From Cyanophora paradoxa CCMP329 (taxonomy: Eukaryota > Plantae > Glaucophyta), in NCBI GenBank assembly GCA_004431415.1, contig QPMI01000011.1:1-64000 (forward strand): a stretch of 64,000 nucleotides of DNA, given 5' to 3'. Numbering within the stretch: the first letter of the stretch is position 1; each line of letters opens with the position of its first letter. Positions 1 to 10,480 of the stretch are shown piece by piece. The notes beneath the pieces were generated by a model, which saw only the letters and a list, made by a program, of their open reading frames with translations, was not told where the DNA came from and did no database searches. A program made the translations under genes and the position numbers.

Positions 1-90
1 CCCACTTAGTCAACCTAATCGATAAATAAACCATAAATAAAAGACTGTTTGGTCTTTTATGATAAATTTGAGTCAACTGTGAGTCCACTT
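1..90 (-). repeat. Left-end degenerate inverted copy of the right-end repeat unit (inner edge of a TIR-like region)
   Basis: The reverse complement of 1-90 (AAGTGGACTCACAGTTGACTCAAATTTATCATAAAAG...GGTTGACTAAGTGGG) aligns with 18894-18985 (AAGTGGACTCAAGGTTGACTCATATTAATCGTAAAAG...GGTTGACTAAGTGGG) with near-identical spacing. Confidence 0.85.
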
Positions 91-100
91 TTGAGTAAAC

Positions 101-2671
101 CTAAACTTCAACATCAGAGTCATAATCTGATGCATCAGGATCAGCAGCAGGTAGTTCTTGTTTCATCCTTGGATTAGCTTCTTCCTCATGGTCTCATCAT
201 CTACAAGCTTCATCTTTCTGATTCCTCAAATACTTGTGGGAATAGGAAATGATAGTATTGTTTACCATTTTAGTTTTCACTTGGATATATGTAACACTTC
301 GCATTTCTGTATAATATCTGCGACTATTATAATCGTTTTTATATTTATTGCTGGTAATGAACTCCTGGAACCATTTCCAGGTTTCCACAAGGCTACCAGA
401 CTTGCATTTATTCTCGAAATTAAGCCTCGATCCACAAGCCACTTAGTGAACATAAGATGATTGGAGCGCACACCTGCTGGGCTAAATATATTATTTGTAA
501 GGGTCTATCAGCATCCAGTTCACATCCTCACATTCAACTTTGGTTCTCAAATAGTGGGCAATGTTTCGAATATTGCAGTGATCATTAAGCCATTTTACAA
601 GTGAAGGAAGTATGACTCATCCTTTGCGAATTTCTTACTAACTTCAACAACCACAAATCGCCTATCTCCAGCTTCAATTTTAACTGGAATGTTGTTATTG
701 CTGGTGAATATAATCCTGGCAAAGTTGCTTTTGTGTATGAATCTATCCTTTGTGTTCAATAACAATCTTATCAGAAGTAATGAGATCTTTAAGCATATCA
801 TTATTTTCGAATGTGTCCTTGCCTGAGGCTTCATTCACAACAATCAAGATCTTATCCTCTCTATTGTGGCAAATCGACCAAACAGATCCTCTTTTGGCTT
901 ACCAGTTGCATAACTCAGGCATCTCCAAGTATCTTCTTTTGGAAAGTATCAACCAACACATTCTACCAGTTCCCTGTTCACCAATGAAGATTAAGGATAC
1001 TCCATTGAGTTCCCCAGGCTTTTGCAGCATGTGGGCAAACCATTTCAACAGATATTCATAGGTATTTTGATCCTCACCAGACATTAAGAACAAGTGATCA
1101 AGGAAAGCTTAATCATCTCAGCAGTTACATCCTCTGGAGCATTTTCGAATTGCTGATGGTCGACCTTCATTCCTGGATAGAGATTAAATACAGACTTGCA
1201 TTTTGCACTGAGAGTAGCAGGAGGTGGGAGAAATCCATGTAAGTTGATCTTGTGGCTGTTGGATCCACAATCCATTTCCTAAATGATTGCTCCCATTTCT
1301 CTTTCTCATTATCTGTCCCCTCATTCACAATCACCTTATGCATCAAGTGGGGAAATGCTTTGTAGACAGTTTTCCAATGTCTTTGGGCATCCAGCAAAGT
1401 AGTTGTTCATCCAGAGCATCACACAACCAACATTTTCAACATGATGCATGCGAGCATTGAAATACCTCTTATGCACATTGTAATGTTCAGCCAAAGGAGG
1501 GATACTTGCAGTCTTGTAATCGATTTCATCTGTGTCCTCTGGTAGGAATGCATACTTTTTGGGAAGAGTTCCTTGAAAAGCTCATTGTTATCTTTGCTCA
1601 ACCAATAAACCAAGGATTTGAAGGTCAACACTTTGCCAGGCTCAGCCTTCTTCTTGCTTCTGCGAAGCTGTGTAAACTTTTCCTGGCATTCATCATAATC
1701 ATACTTGTCACTCTGTTCTGAGAATTGGTGGAAGAGTTCAGCCTGCATTTTAGGGGTAAATTTGTTGTCTTCCCCAACATTGATGATGACCAGTCCAACA
1801 TCAATCCAAGTCTTATACTCGCTGGCTCTTTCAGCATTGAGACCCATTATAACACTTTGTAGCAGTTCGAAAGTAACAGGATTTTCGGGTTCAGTGTCTT
1901 TTTCAGCTTCTACCTTCTCAGTCTTCACTTTATCACTTTTTGGCTCCTTTTTAACTGGTTTTGGCTCAGGGCTATAATTTGCGAATGCAGAAATATTCGA
2001 TTCATCCACAAGTTTAGTAGAAGCTGAGAAGAAAGATACAAAGAAGTCCTCATTTCGCATTAACACTTTGTCACAGTCAACGAATTTCTTAAAGCAAACG
2101 TTTTTATCAACATCTTTCTTTGATTTATTTTGAGCATCCAGAGTCTCACCTTTGCAGCAATTGAGGCAGATAAGGTTCTGTGTGAGCTGTAAACTCCACT
2201 GTCATAATCCTCATTTTTCACCAATCCCATAGCTTTGAAAAGCTTGGGATATCTTCATGTTTGCATGCAAGCGATTTAATGATAAAGTGGGCTGAGATCT
2301 TGAACTTGGTGACATCCTCCTTGATCAAATAAACCCTTCTATGGCGAACTGCAACAGCAATATCGTTAATCGAAGTGGTCCCAGATCGCTTCCATAGCTT
2401 ATCTCTCATCTCTCTTACAACAGTTTCAGCCTCAGCATAGTTTTCAGCAATGTTCTCCTTCAAATCAGCGAATTTATCCAGGTCCAGGTAAACTCTGGTG
2501 ACTTGTTCAGGCTGAATGCATTCAGCCAGGTCTTAACCTTGCTATTATCAATGGCTTCAAGGGCATCTTCAGCAGAATCAAATACATGGGTGACCTTGTT
2601 GCGATCACCAATGAGAGTACTAAGGAATGTAGCATTTTCAACAGGGTGGCGAATTTCTCGATTTTGTTCAT
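101..2671 (-). pseudogene. D5-like primase-helicase (AEP/PrimPol + PriCT-2 + SF3 helicase), broken by several frameshifts (decay or assembly indels)
   Basis: Hand translation gives NECIQPEQVTRVYLDLD (DxD motif, about 2470-2525) and FKISAHFII (SxH). PriCT-2-like AERASEYKTWIDVG...FHQFSEQSDKYD...LVYWLSKDN lies in 1419-2066. KWFAHMLQKPG...IFIGEQGTG is a Walker A region, and IIFTSNN...GDRRFVV is SF3 motif C plus Arg finger. Confidence 0.85.
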
Positions 2672-2889
2672 TTTCGATTTTGGGGGACTTCTACCTTTAA
2701 CGAAGAAAATAATTTCGGAAGGAGGAATTGTCTTTTATATATATCCTATTATTTGCCAAGTCCTTAAGTAGTTTTGGGTCGGGATACTGTCTCGATATAT
2801 AGGTACAGTTTTAAAAAAGAGGGAAGAAAGCTGTCATTTTTTTGCCTCCGATCAAATCGATTTCTACAAAATTTGTTTCGATCGAGAAT

Positions 2890-3216
2890 TTATTCTTCGA
2901 TATATTTCCGAGGTCTTCCAACCGGTTTATGCTCTTTGGGTGTCTTGGGTAGTTCGTCTTTTTTCTTGTGGTAGTATTCCAGCGCTTTCGCCTTTTTCTG
3001 TTCGCGATATTCTTCATTTTCCCTGTATTTCCTCTGGTGTCTGAGGGCAATCTTTTTGAGTTCTTCTGGTGTGTGAACTGTAGCGGCTCCTTGGGATAAT
3101 CGTTCCTCCTTCTTTTTATGATAGGCTTCGCGTTTTCTTTGGGCATCTTGCTCCCTTTTCAGTCTCAGCTTCTCTGCTTTTTCATCATCTGTGAGTATCT
3201 TGCGGATATTCGGCAT
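2890..3216 (-). CDS. Small basic protein with C-terminal AT-hook (probable DNA-binding/core protein)
   Basis: 108 aa, K/R/E-rich and helical, ending KPVGRPRKY (AT-hook GRP core). Confidence 0.65.
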   Translation of the reverse strand: MPNIRKILTDDEKAEKLRLKREQDAQRKREAYHKKKEERLSQGAATVHTPEELKKIALRHQRKYRENEEYREQKKAKALEYYHKKKDELPKTPKEHKPVGRPRKYIEE

Positions 3217-3263
3217 TTCTCTTAATAGTAGATACGAAAATATTTTTCCTCAATACAACCTAT

Positions 3264-3867
3264 CTACTTTTTCTTTAAGTCATTTTTTGTTGCGAACACC
3301 AGTTCCTGTCTGTAAACTTTAATAGCTGCCTCAGTAGCATACTGAGACCGCTTTTTCTCAAGTATCTTATAGACCTGTGGGTCCATTGCTACTATCAGTA
3401 GGCAAATAATATTTAATCGGTCTCCCTCTGGTCTCTGCTCCTCTTTTTGGGCTTTTCTGCGATAATAGGATGCCAGGGCTTGTTGTTTCTTATACTCTCT
3501 ATATGCTGGGTCCTCTCTATATCGTTTCTGCTTTGCTAGAATGTGTCTAATAGCACCCTCAGTTAAAGGCTCATCACTAGTAAACTCGATCAAACTAATT
3601 GTATCCTCCATTAATATTTGCTGAGAAAACGTTTTCACCAGGTAAAGAACTTCTCCTTGGATACTCCTGTTGCTCATATGTATACTCTGTGGGGTCTGCT
3701 GGCATTGACTCCACAGAAACTGTTGATCTCCTTCTCTCTCTTGCTTCAGAAGCATTATCCTCATTATCTGACATCTCAAACTCCACTCTTGTCTCACAGC
3801 ATCCACTGTGGCAATTGCTCACCACATGCAGACTGAACATCTCGAAAAACTTTCGTATTATATCCAT
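3264..3867 (-). CDS. Hypothetical viral protein(s), frameshifted; contains a basic motif paralogous to 2890-3216
   Basis: Overlapping ORFs 3595-3927 and 3264-3806. RYREDPAYREYKKQQALASYYRRK resembles KYRENEEYREQKKAKALEYYHKKK of the neighbouring ORF. Confidence 0.45.
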
Positions 3868-3889
3868 GTCTCTAATAAAACAGAGATAA

Positions 3890-4624
3890 TTAAAGCCAAA
3901 CTCGTCTTTTATATACTGTTGGGGCAACTCCCTTTTCTACTTCAGCTTTGGTGGCACCAGGTTCAATGGTTCCCTTCTGGGTCTTTGTTTTCATTTCATC
4001 TACTGCTTGCTCATCGATTTGGTTCTCTTTCTTAGCAATAAACTGTTTATCTGGGACACCAGTAATGCCCATTTTATAAACTTCCTTTCGAAGCATCTCC
4101 TTGAGCTTGGCTCTCTCTTTCTTCTCAGTAACATACTGCTCTAAGGCACTGGATTTGGCTTCCAGATCTTTGAGTTTAGCAGTCATCTCATCCCATTGAG
4201 CCTTTGGAATTCGATGAATATTTTGAGTGGGAGCAGTCTTATATGTGACTTCACCAGCCATAGACTGGATTACCTTGTCGGATTCCTTACTTAGACCTTC
4301 ACCTTTACGAGCCAGTGATAGATCTTGCAAGCCTAGACCTTTATCATCAGCAGCACCAATAATTCGCCTGGCTCCCTCAGCAACAGCCTTCATTTTCGAA
4401 GCTTCTGGTGAGATGTTGAGTTGGTCAGCAGTTGAACTTTGTGGGGCTTTGTCATCAACTGATTCTTCATAGGCAGCATTTAGGGGGTCTTCTTGGGGTT
4501 GTGAGGGTTTGATTTCGTTCATACCATTGAATTTCATGGGTTCAGTGTTAATAGATCCACTGTTTCCACCACCTGAATAGCCAACAGCCCCAGCTGGGAT
4601 CCCTATCTTTCGTTTGGGAGGCAT
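3890..4624 (-). CDS. Hypothetical viral protein, 244 aa, with coiled-coil C-terminal half
   Basis: Intact ORF in a gene-dense block with TAAAG just upstream of the ATG; no family recognised. Confidence 0.65.
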   Translation of the reverse strand: MPPKRKIGIPAGAVGYSGGGNSGSINTEPMKFNGMNEIKPSQPQEDPLNAAYEESVDDKAPQSSTADQLNISPEASKMKAVAEGARRIIGAADDKGLGLQDLSLARKGEGLSKESDKVIQSMAGEVTYKTAPTQNIHRIPKAQWDEMTAKLKDLEAKSSALEQYVTEKKERAKLKEMLRKEVYKMGITGVPDKQFIAKKENQIDEQAVDEMKTKTQKGTIEPGATKAEVEKGVAPTVYKRRVWL

Positions 4625-4652
4625 TGTATCTTTATTAGAATGAGAGATAATT

Positions 4653-5435
4653 TTATAAACCGCGTTTATATCGCATCAATTTATTGCTATGGACTTGGCT
4701 TTTCACTTCTTTGGGGGCTTCCTCTTTCTCTGGAGGTTTCAGTTCGTCTTCTTTCTTTTTGGGCTTCCTGTGGAAGCGAGGAAATGGGAAATCTTTAACA
4801 AGCTCAGCTTTATCTACAAAGTATTTAACTGAGTAGCCAGCAGAGGACCAAACGATATACTGATAAGAGTGGACATATTCTTCAAACATTTTGTAAAAGT
4901 CCTCCTTGTTTCGCATTATATTGTATTCTTCCTCTATGGCTTCAAGTTCTTTGCGATTAGCAGCACTCAGGAAAACAGCATAATCAGAATTAACTCGAAT
5001 AGTGGAAGAGACTTTTCTGAGTTTCTGTGTAATGCAGATAATGGATATTTTCGAATGTCTGCCCCTACTGTACAGAGATGACACCACCTTGTCTCTGGTT
5101 AAATCAATTATCTCATTATCAATTAAATCATCTAAAACAACACACATGTGGTTGACAGGTTCACCTTTTTCTATTTTCTCCTGCCTTTCATCCAAAAGCT
5201 TTGAAATGTAACCAGCATCCCATTTACCAAGTTCTACTGTTGCCACCTCTCTCCAAAAATGATTGAAGCTGGTTCCACTCACAACTAGGACAACATCAAC
5301 TACTTTGGCATCATGTAATTGCTTTAACCAATACTTTACACATTCGCTTTTTCCCGTACAACTTTTGCCTATAAAAATGGCTCTGAAAACACCTTTTATC
5401 ATTTCAGAAACATTAAACTCTTCTAAATCTTGCAT
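4653..5435 (-). CDS. A32-like (FtsK/HerA) genome packaging ATPase
   Basis: Walker A IFIGKSCTGKS, Walker B CVVLDD, plus SRGRHSKISIICITQ and IRVNSDY, typical of poxvirus A32/Polinton ATPases. Start placed at MQDLEEF. Confidence 0.95.
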   Translation of the reverse strand: MQDLEEFNVSEMIKGVFRAIFIGKSCTGKSECVKYWLKQLHDAKVVDVVLVVSGTSFNHFWREVATVELGKWDAGYISKLLDERQEKIEKGEPVNHMCVVLDDLIDNEIIDLTRDKVVSSLYSRGRHSKISIICITQKLRKVSSTIRVNSDYAVFLSAANRKELEAIEEEYNIMRNKEDFYKMFEEYVHSYQYIVWSSAGYSVKYFVDKAELVKDFPFPRFHRKPKKKEDELKPPEKEEAPKEVKSQVHSNKLMRYKRGL

Positions 5436-5499
5436 TGTTGTAGATCTTCCTAAATAAAGACAGATAAAAATAATGCAGGGTGACTGAATATGGTCAGAT

Positions 5500-6870
5500 C
5501 TAAAGATTAATTCTACGAAGACCTGAGCCATCTATAATGAGGAAACTATGCATGAGAGCGCGAACATTAACATCGATTACCTTATCTGAAGGCATGTAGA
5601 GGGTGAGGAATGAAGATGAGGAATTTGTCAGGTCAACAAATCCACTTTGAGCAATATTTCGAATTGCCTTCTCTCCATCAATGCAGAAACTCATACCCGA
5701 AAGGACATATTTATCTGCAACCTTGTCCATGTTAGAGCATTTGAAGGCATCAGCAATAAGCTCAGCACCTTTGAGTAGGGAAATTGGCTCAGTGGCATAA
5801 AGTCGCTGTCCATTAATTTCAACAGTGAAAGTAATATCTTTGGAGTTGGCATAGGTCTTAAGAACACTGTGGGAGCCATTGGATTTGTCAACAGTTTCAT
5901 GATCACGAACTGAAACAAGCAGAGCATATACAAGACCTGAGATTTGAGAGAGGTTAATTCGATTGGGTTGGGCATTGCCCTTGGCAGGGAAAGCACTAGC
6001 ATCTACAAATCCAATATCAAGGGAGGGAATAGCCATGCCAGTTGTCTTAACCTTTTCAATGACAGTAGCGAAAAGCTCATCAGAAACATTAATAGCATGC
6101 ATGTAAAGGCGAGGAGAAGTAATAGAAATAACAGGAGTTGTTGCACCAAGACTGAAAGTTGTGATATTTTGACCAACATGGGCAAGTGTGGCATTAGCAG
6201 TATCACCAAGACCATCATCTTCTGTCTTATCAGCAACTGTCCCACCAACAACAGGGAGAGAGCGACCACCATAGGAAGTTTCAACATAACCCTTTCCAGC
6301 ATCCTTAAACCAAACAGTAACAACCATTTCACCAGATAAAGCACCAAGGGGAAGGTAGTGATTTAGCCAAGGCACAGGGATTTCAACAAAGAATGAGCCA
6401 CCAAGGCGGTTGGTTCCATGAGCAGGGATGCCATGAACCATGCCCATTGATCGCTTCTTTTTAGCTAGTTGATCCTCCGAATAATAGACCAGGGGGAAAT
6501 GAGCAAGGAAATCAGATGGAATATGGTAGGTGTAAGATCCATAGGTAATTTCAAGTCGCTGAACTAAAGCACCAACTGGGCGAGTGTATCCATTGCGAAC
6601 TAGGTCAGTATCACCAGCAAAAGTGATGGCTGGAAGGTCGAAAGCAAGTTCGAGTTTTCCACAGAAATTGTAGCGAGGTAGCTTGAAGGAAATGCGATTT
6701 CCAACATTATTCTCAAAAGTATTGCTGGGATTCACAACAACTAGAACTGGCTTAGACTTGGATTCGAGACCAAGCATAAGGGAGTTATCCAGGAAAAAGG
6801 CTTTCGCCTCCTCTGGGGTTGTTAGGGCTTCTTTCAGCGAAAGTCTTTGAAGAGTGGAAGTGATATCCAT
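5500..6870 (-). CDS. Major capsid protein, double jelly-roll (PLV / NCLDV-like)
   Basis: About 456 aa, beta-rich. ISFKLPR...LELAFDLPA...VGALVQRLEITYG and VEIPVPW...LPLGALSGEMVVTVWF match the DJR MCP N-terminal pattern. Located between the ATPase and a penton. Confidence 0.85.
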   Translation of the reverse strand: MDITSTLQRLSLKEALTTPEEAKAFFLDNSLMLGLESKSKPVLVVVNPSNTFENNVGNRISFKLPRYNFCGKLELAFDLPAITFAGDTDLVRNGYTRPVGALVQRLEITYGSYTYHIPSDFLAHFPLVYYSEDQLAKKKRSMGMVHGIPAHGTNRLGGSFFVEIPVPWLNHYLPLGALSGEMVVTVWFKDAGKGYVETSYGGRSLPVVGGTVADKTEDDGLGDTANATLAHVGQNITTFSLGATTPVISITSPRLYMHAINVSDELFATVIEKVKTTGMAIPSLDIGFVDASAFPAKGNAQPNRINLSQISGLVYALLVSVRDHETVDKSNGSHSVLKTYANSKDITFTVEINGQRLYATEPISLLKGAELIADAFKCSNMDKVADKYVLSGMSFCIDGEKAIRNIAQSGFVDLTNSSSSFLTLYMPSDKVIDVNVRALMHSFLIIDGSGLRRINL

Positions 6871-6923
6871 TATATTCTCTTTTATTATACTGCAACATAA
6901 AAAATCTACCAATGATCCTTAAT

Positions 6924-7932
6924 TTATGCGAAGTTTGTAATAACTGGATAGGAAGGGTGAAGCTGCGACATTCTCATCTTATAGTATTCATAAACTGGGT
7001 CCCCAGCTGGCTCATCACCATAGCGAATTTCAAAGGTCAGATGAACAGGTTGACCCTCAAAATCAATTGGTTCATTTACAGCATTAACAATATCAACCGA
7101 GAAAGTGGATAATCCAACCTTCTTATTATAATATTTATAAAGTGGATGAGCCTCTGTTGAATTGTAAACAACATGCTCACCATAATCTTTGTCAGGAACC
7201 ACTATTTTATGGAAGTAACCAGTCAGAAGACCATCCCCACATTGAACCAGATCACCCAGCTCCTTTACTCTCACAAACAAAACACTGTCCCTGGTCTTCT
7301 CAGGCTCAAAAGAAGATATAATGCCATTCACTCGACCATCAGTAAAGATTCCATCAGTGAGAGCATCATAAACTTGGGATTTGATTGGGAATTCCCATAT
7401 CTTCCAGGATCAAGACCAAGCAGTCTAGCTGAACTCAATAGCTTTTGGATTGTTTGTTGGCTTGGGTTTACAGCAAGTGAGAAAGCCAGGTAAAAAGGCA
7501 CTGCCGAGTGGAATATAATTCGTTTCAGTGACTCATCCCATTTGCAGCGAATGGATGGTTGGGGAGTTCTGCCAATGAATTTTGAGTTGATTACATTCAC
7601 CAGCTGTTGGTGGCTTTGGATGGGGGTCTCGCGATTTACCATGAATTGTTTCCATTGTTCAAAATCAGCAGCTGGGCGAGTTGTTGGAATTCCTGAGCTT
7701 CCAGCTCCTGGAGTTTGTTCCGAATAATAAATACTAAATGTGTTATCAACTGTGACATCTCCTGCTTTGGTTTCACCACTCACCATAGGGATGCTGTTAT
7801 AAAATTCGGCTGAGACCAGTCTCACAGCCCTCACATTCTCATAACTACTGGGGAGTCGAGCCACAAAGCTTGATGTGGACCATCACCAGAGATTGTATTA
7901 AATGAGCTAACCTCGATGTAATCCACAGGCAT
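6924..7932 (-). CDS. Minor capsid (penton) protein 1, single jelly-roll, frameshifted
   Basis: N-terminal YENVRAVRLVSAEFYNSIP and C-terminal VLFVRVKEL...LSTFSVDIVNAVNEPIDFEGQPVHLTFEI parallel penton 2. Split over ORFs 7328-7864 and 6924-7331, with an ATG at 7932. Confidence 0.75.
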
Positions 7933-7961
7933 TCTTCTTTTATCTATATTTATATATTAAA

Positions 7962-8894
7962 ATGAACCGGCTCGTTAATATTGATAGCAGGGATAGAAGC
8001 CAAGGACAAAATGAAAACTCTTACAGGGTCACCCTCACAACTCCAGTAGAGAGACCAAGGGAATGCAGGGTTCTATATGCAGAGATTCCGAACAGTATCT
8101 ATAACAGTGTGGGAACTGATCATCTAACAGTTCAGTTTAATTACCAAGATGGTTCATACAATGAAGTCATCACACAGAAAGTGTATCCCCTTCCCAGTGG
8201 CTACATCAATCAGGGTCATTTTGGGGTAACACATCCCTATAATTATGGGCTGAACTATTCAAGCTTCAAAACAATTGCAGACAAAACTGTGTTTTTTGAG
8301 TTCAAGATATTCTACAATCCAACTACCTATAAAGTGGAGTTTTACAGTAATCATGAGTTTCGTTTTATTGCAAGCAACAATCGAATCGGGAAGCTTTTGG
8401 GTGTAAGTTCTACTGAATACACCAATGGGTATTATAGCACTCCTCCTGTTGGTGGATCTCCATATCGACCTGAGAACCTTTTAAAGTATGATGGTAAACC
8501 TATTACACCTGATCACCCAGCATGGGGAATCACCTTCTCAGGACCCAGACTCTCCTCAAAGCCCTTGCAGTATTATTTTGACAGCAGGAAGATGTCTGAT
8601 ATGAATGCTGAGCAGTATCTGTACATGCATATTAAAGAGCTAGCCCCCTTTGCCAGCAGACACAATATAATTCCGAAATCGCAACCACATAACCAGGGGG
8701 CTATCCTTAGATTACAATTGAGTAAGGATATAGGTGGCTATGTTTACCATAGTGGTGAGCATGCAGAATTCATTCAGATAAATGACCGAAACCTGGTGAT
8801 AAGGGAACTCACAGTTGAGTTTAAAGATTACTTTGGTGAACTGATTGATATGAATGGAATCGATAATTCGTTTCAGTTGGAGTTTATCGAATAA
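7962..8894 (+). CDS. Minor capsid (penton) protein 2
   Basis: VNIDSRDR...YAEIPNSIY at the N-terminus; YLYMHIKEL and IRELTVEFKDYFGELIDMNGIDNSFQLEF at the C-terminus, the typical PLV/virophage/NCLDV penton signature. Confidence 0.85.
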   Translation: MNRLVNIDSRDRSQGQNENSYRVTLTTPVERPRECRVLYAEIPNSIYNSVGTDHLTVQFNYQDGSYNEVITQKVYPLPSGYINQGHFGVTHPYNYGLNYSSFKTIADKTVFFEFKIFYNPTTYKVEFYSNHEFRFIASNNRIGKLLGVSSTEYTNGYYSTPPVGGSPYRPENLLKYDGKPITPDHPAWGITFSGPRLSSKPLQYYFDSRKMSDMNAEQYLYMHIKELAPFASRHNIIPKSQPHNQGAILRLQLSKDIGGYVYHSGEHAEFIQINDRNLVIRELTVEFKDYFGELIDMNGIDNSFQLEFIE

Positions 8895-10437
8895 AGGCAC
8901 CTGTAAAGTCAACTCTCATTGTGGGAGCATTCACATACACAAGGGGATAAATGCGAATATATTTGATTCTGAGAGAATAACCTATGTAAAAAGCATCTTT
9001 GATGCTGAGAGGAAATCCACTCAACAGAGCCATATCACCTGAGTTGTGAGCATTGTTAATGTTCTCACAGACATATATTTTGTTCTGCCCATCTAATCGA
9101 ATAAAAGACCAGTTGATCCCATCAGTGGATGTTGCCACATTGAAAGTCTTAATAAAAGCATTGGTGTCCCCTGATCCATAGGCAATCACAGAAGAGAGTT
9201 CAAAAGTATATGGAAAAGCAACTTGTAGGTATTCAGTGGGGGTTTCCCATATCTGTTCAGGAGCATAGGCTCCAGCTTCCCAGCCAAATGCTGAAGGTCT
9301 AGCCATGAAAGGCTCTTTACCTGTCACAGAGGATGAGGCAGTAAAGGCATCATCTGCAAGCTGATACCAATTAGCATCCAAAGGAGGTGATGTAGTGAGA
9401 GTGGATGAGATGTAAGCCTTTGTAGGGTTCTTTAGTTCATAGTTTGCTACTAAAAGGCTGCAAAGCTTATTGATCATATCATTGTTTGCTGCTATGTATG
9501 TTTCTGTGAAAGAAAGCATATCTGGGATTTTAGAAGTGTCATCAAGGGAGCTTACTATATGATTTGGAAGAGGTACTGATAGCCTGTAATATCTCCCATA
9601 ATCCTGATCATAGTTGTAGGGTAACAACTCCTCCATTTTATCAAGGGCAGAAAGCTCACTTGCAGCCATGAGCATGTTAATCAATGGGCTTCCATCTGTT
9701 GAGGCAATCCATGAGAGAATGCCCAGCTGTTCACAGTCTCATAAGCATAACCCACATAATCAGACTCTAAATGTGGGTCTACCTCTCCACAAGAGATGCT
9801 TATTACTATAATATCATCATCATCACTGTAAATCTTCTTTGCATGGCTGTAACCACACACACTGGGATTATTGTTTCCCGAAATGGCACCATCAATGAGA
9901 CAGACATATACTCCCGATTGAAATCAACAATGCTTACAGGAGAGAAATATGTAGGAGCAGCAGAAGTAGCCCTGGCAGCAATCTTACAAGGCATAAAGTT
10001 GTAATTGTTGTCATTTGTGATAAATATTGGTTTCATATTCTGAGTATCAAAGGATGTAATCACAATGTCTTTTAGGGAATCCTGTATGAGTGATTCACCA
10101 GTAACTGAATTGATTGCAGTCTCCAAGGGTCCCACATCATACTTTGTATTAAATAGGCATTTTCGATTATATTTCGAGGATTTGCGAAAATCAAGGGCAG
10201 TTGGGCTAGGTAAATGTTGTGTAAATCGTTTGCTGTGAGTTTAGGTTCACCTGGTTTATCAGGATGCCTTATATTCAAACCTATTGCAATGATCCCACCA
10301 GTGGAAGTTCCACTCACAAGATCCACAAGATCGATTATTCTCCTGCCAGTTCGATTTTCGATTTCTTTTAGCAGCCTGGTTATGATAATGCCCCTTGCAC
10401 CCCCGCCAGAAAGACTTAAAACGACCTTGAGAGGCAT
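8884..10437 (-). CDS. Patatin-like phospholipase fused to C-terminal F5/8 type C (discoidin) domain, frameshifted
   Basis: LSLSGGGARG (oxyanion loop), GTSTG (nucleophile elbow), ARATSAAPTYF, and hand-translated LIDGA (catalytic Asp, about 9880-9900). C-terminal AFTASS...W...EYLQV...STDGINW...KYIRIYP...MRVDF is FA58C-like. Confidence 0.88.
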
Positions 10438-10480
10438 CTTTTACTTATCAGGAATTTTATAAATCCATATAGTAAAAGCC

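Noticed and set aside
158-9042. Short antisense ORFs overlapping viral genes (e.g. 158-460, 750-1061, 5944-6339, 7173-7493)
   Set aside because: These are shadow frames opposite well-supported genes, with no motifs.
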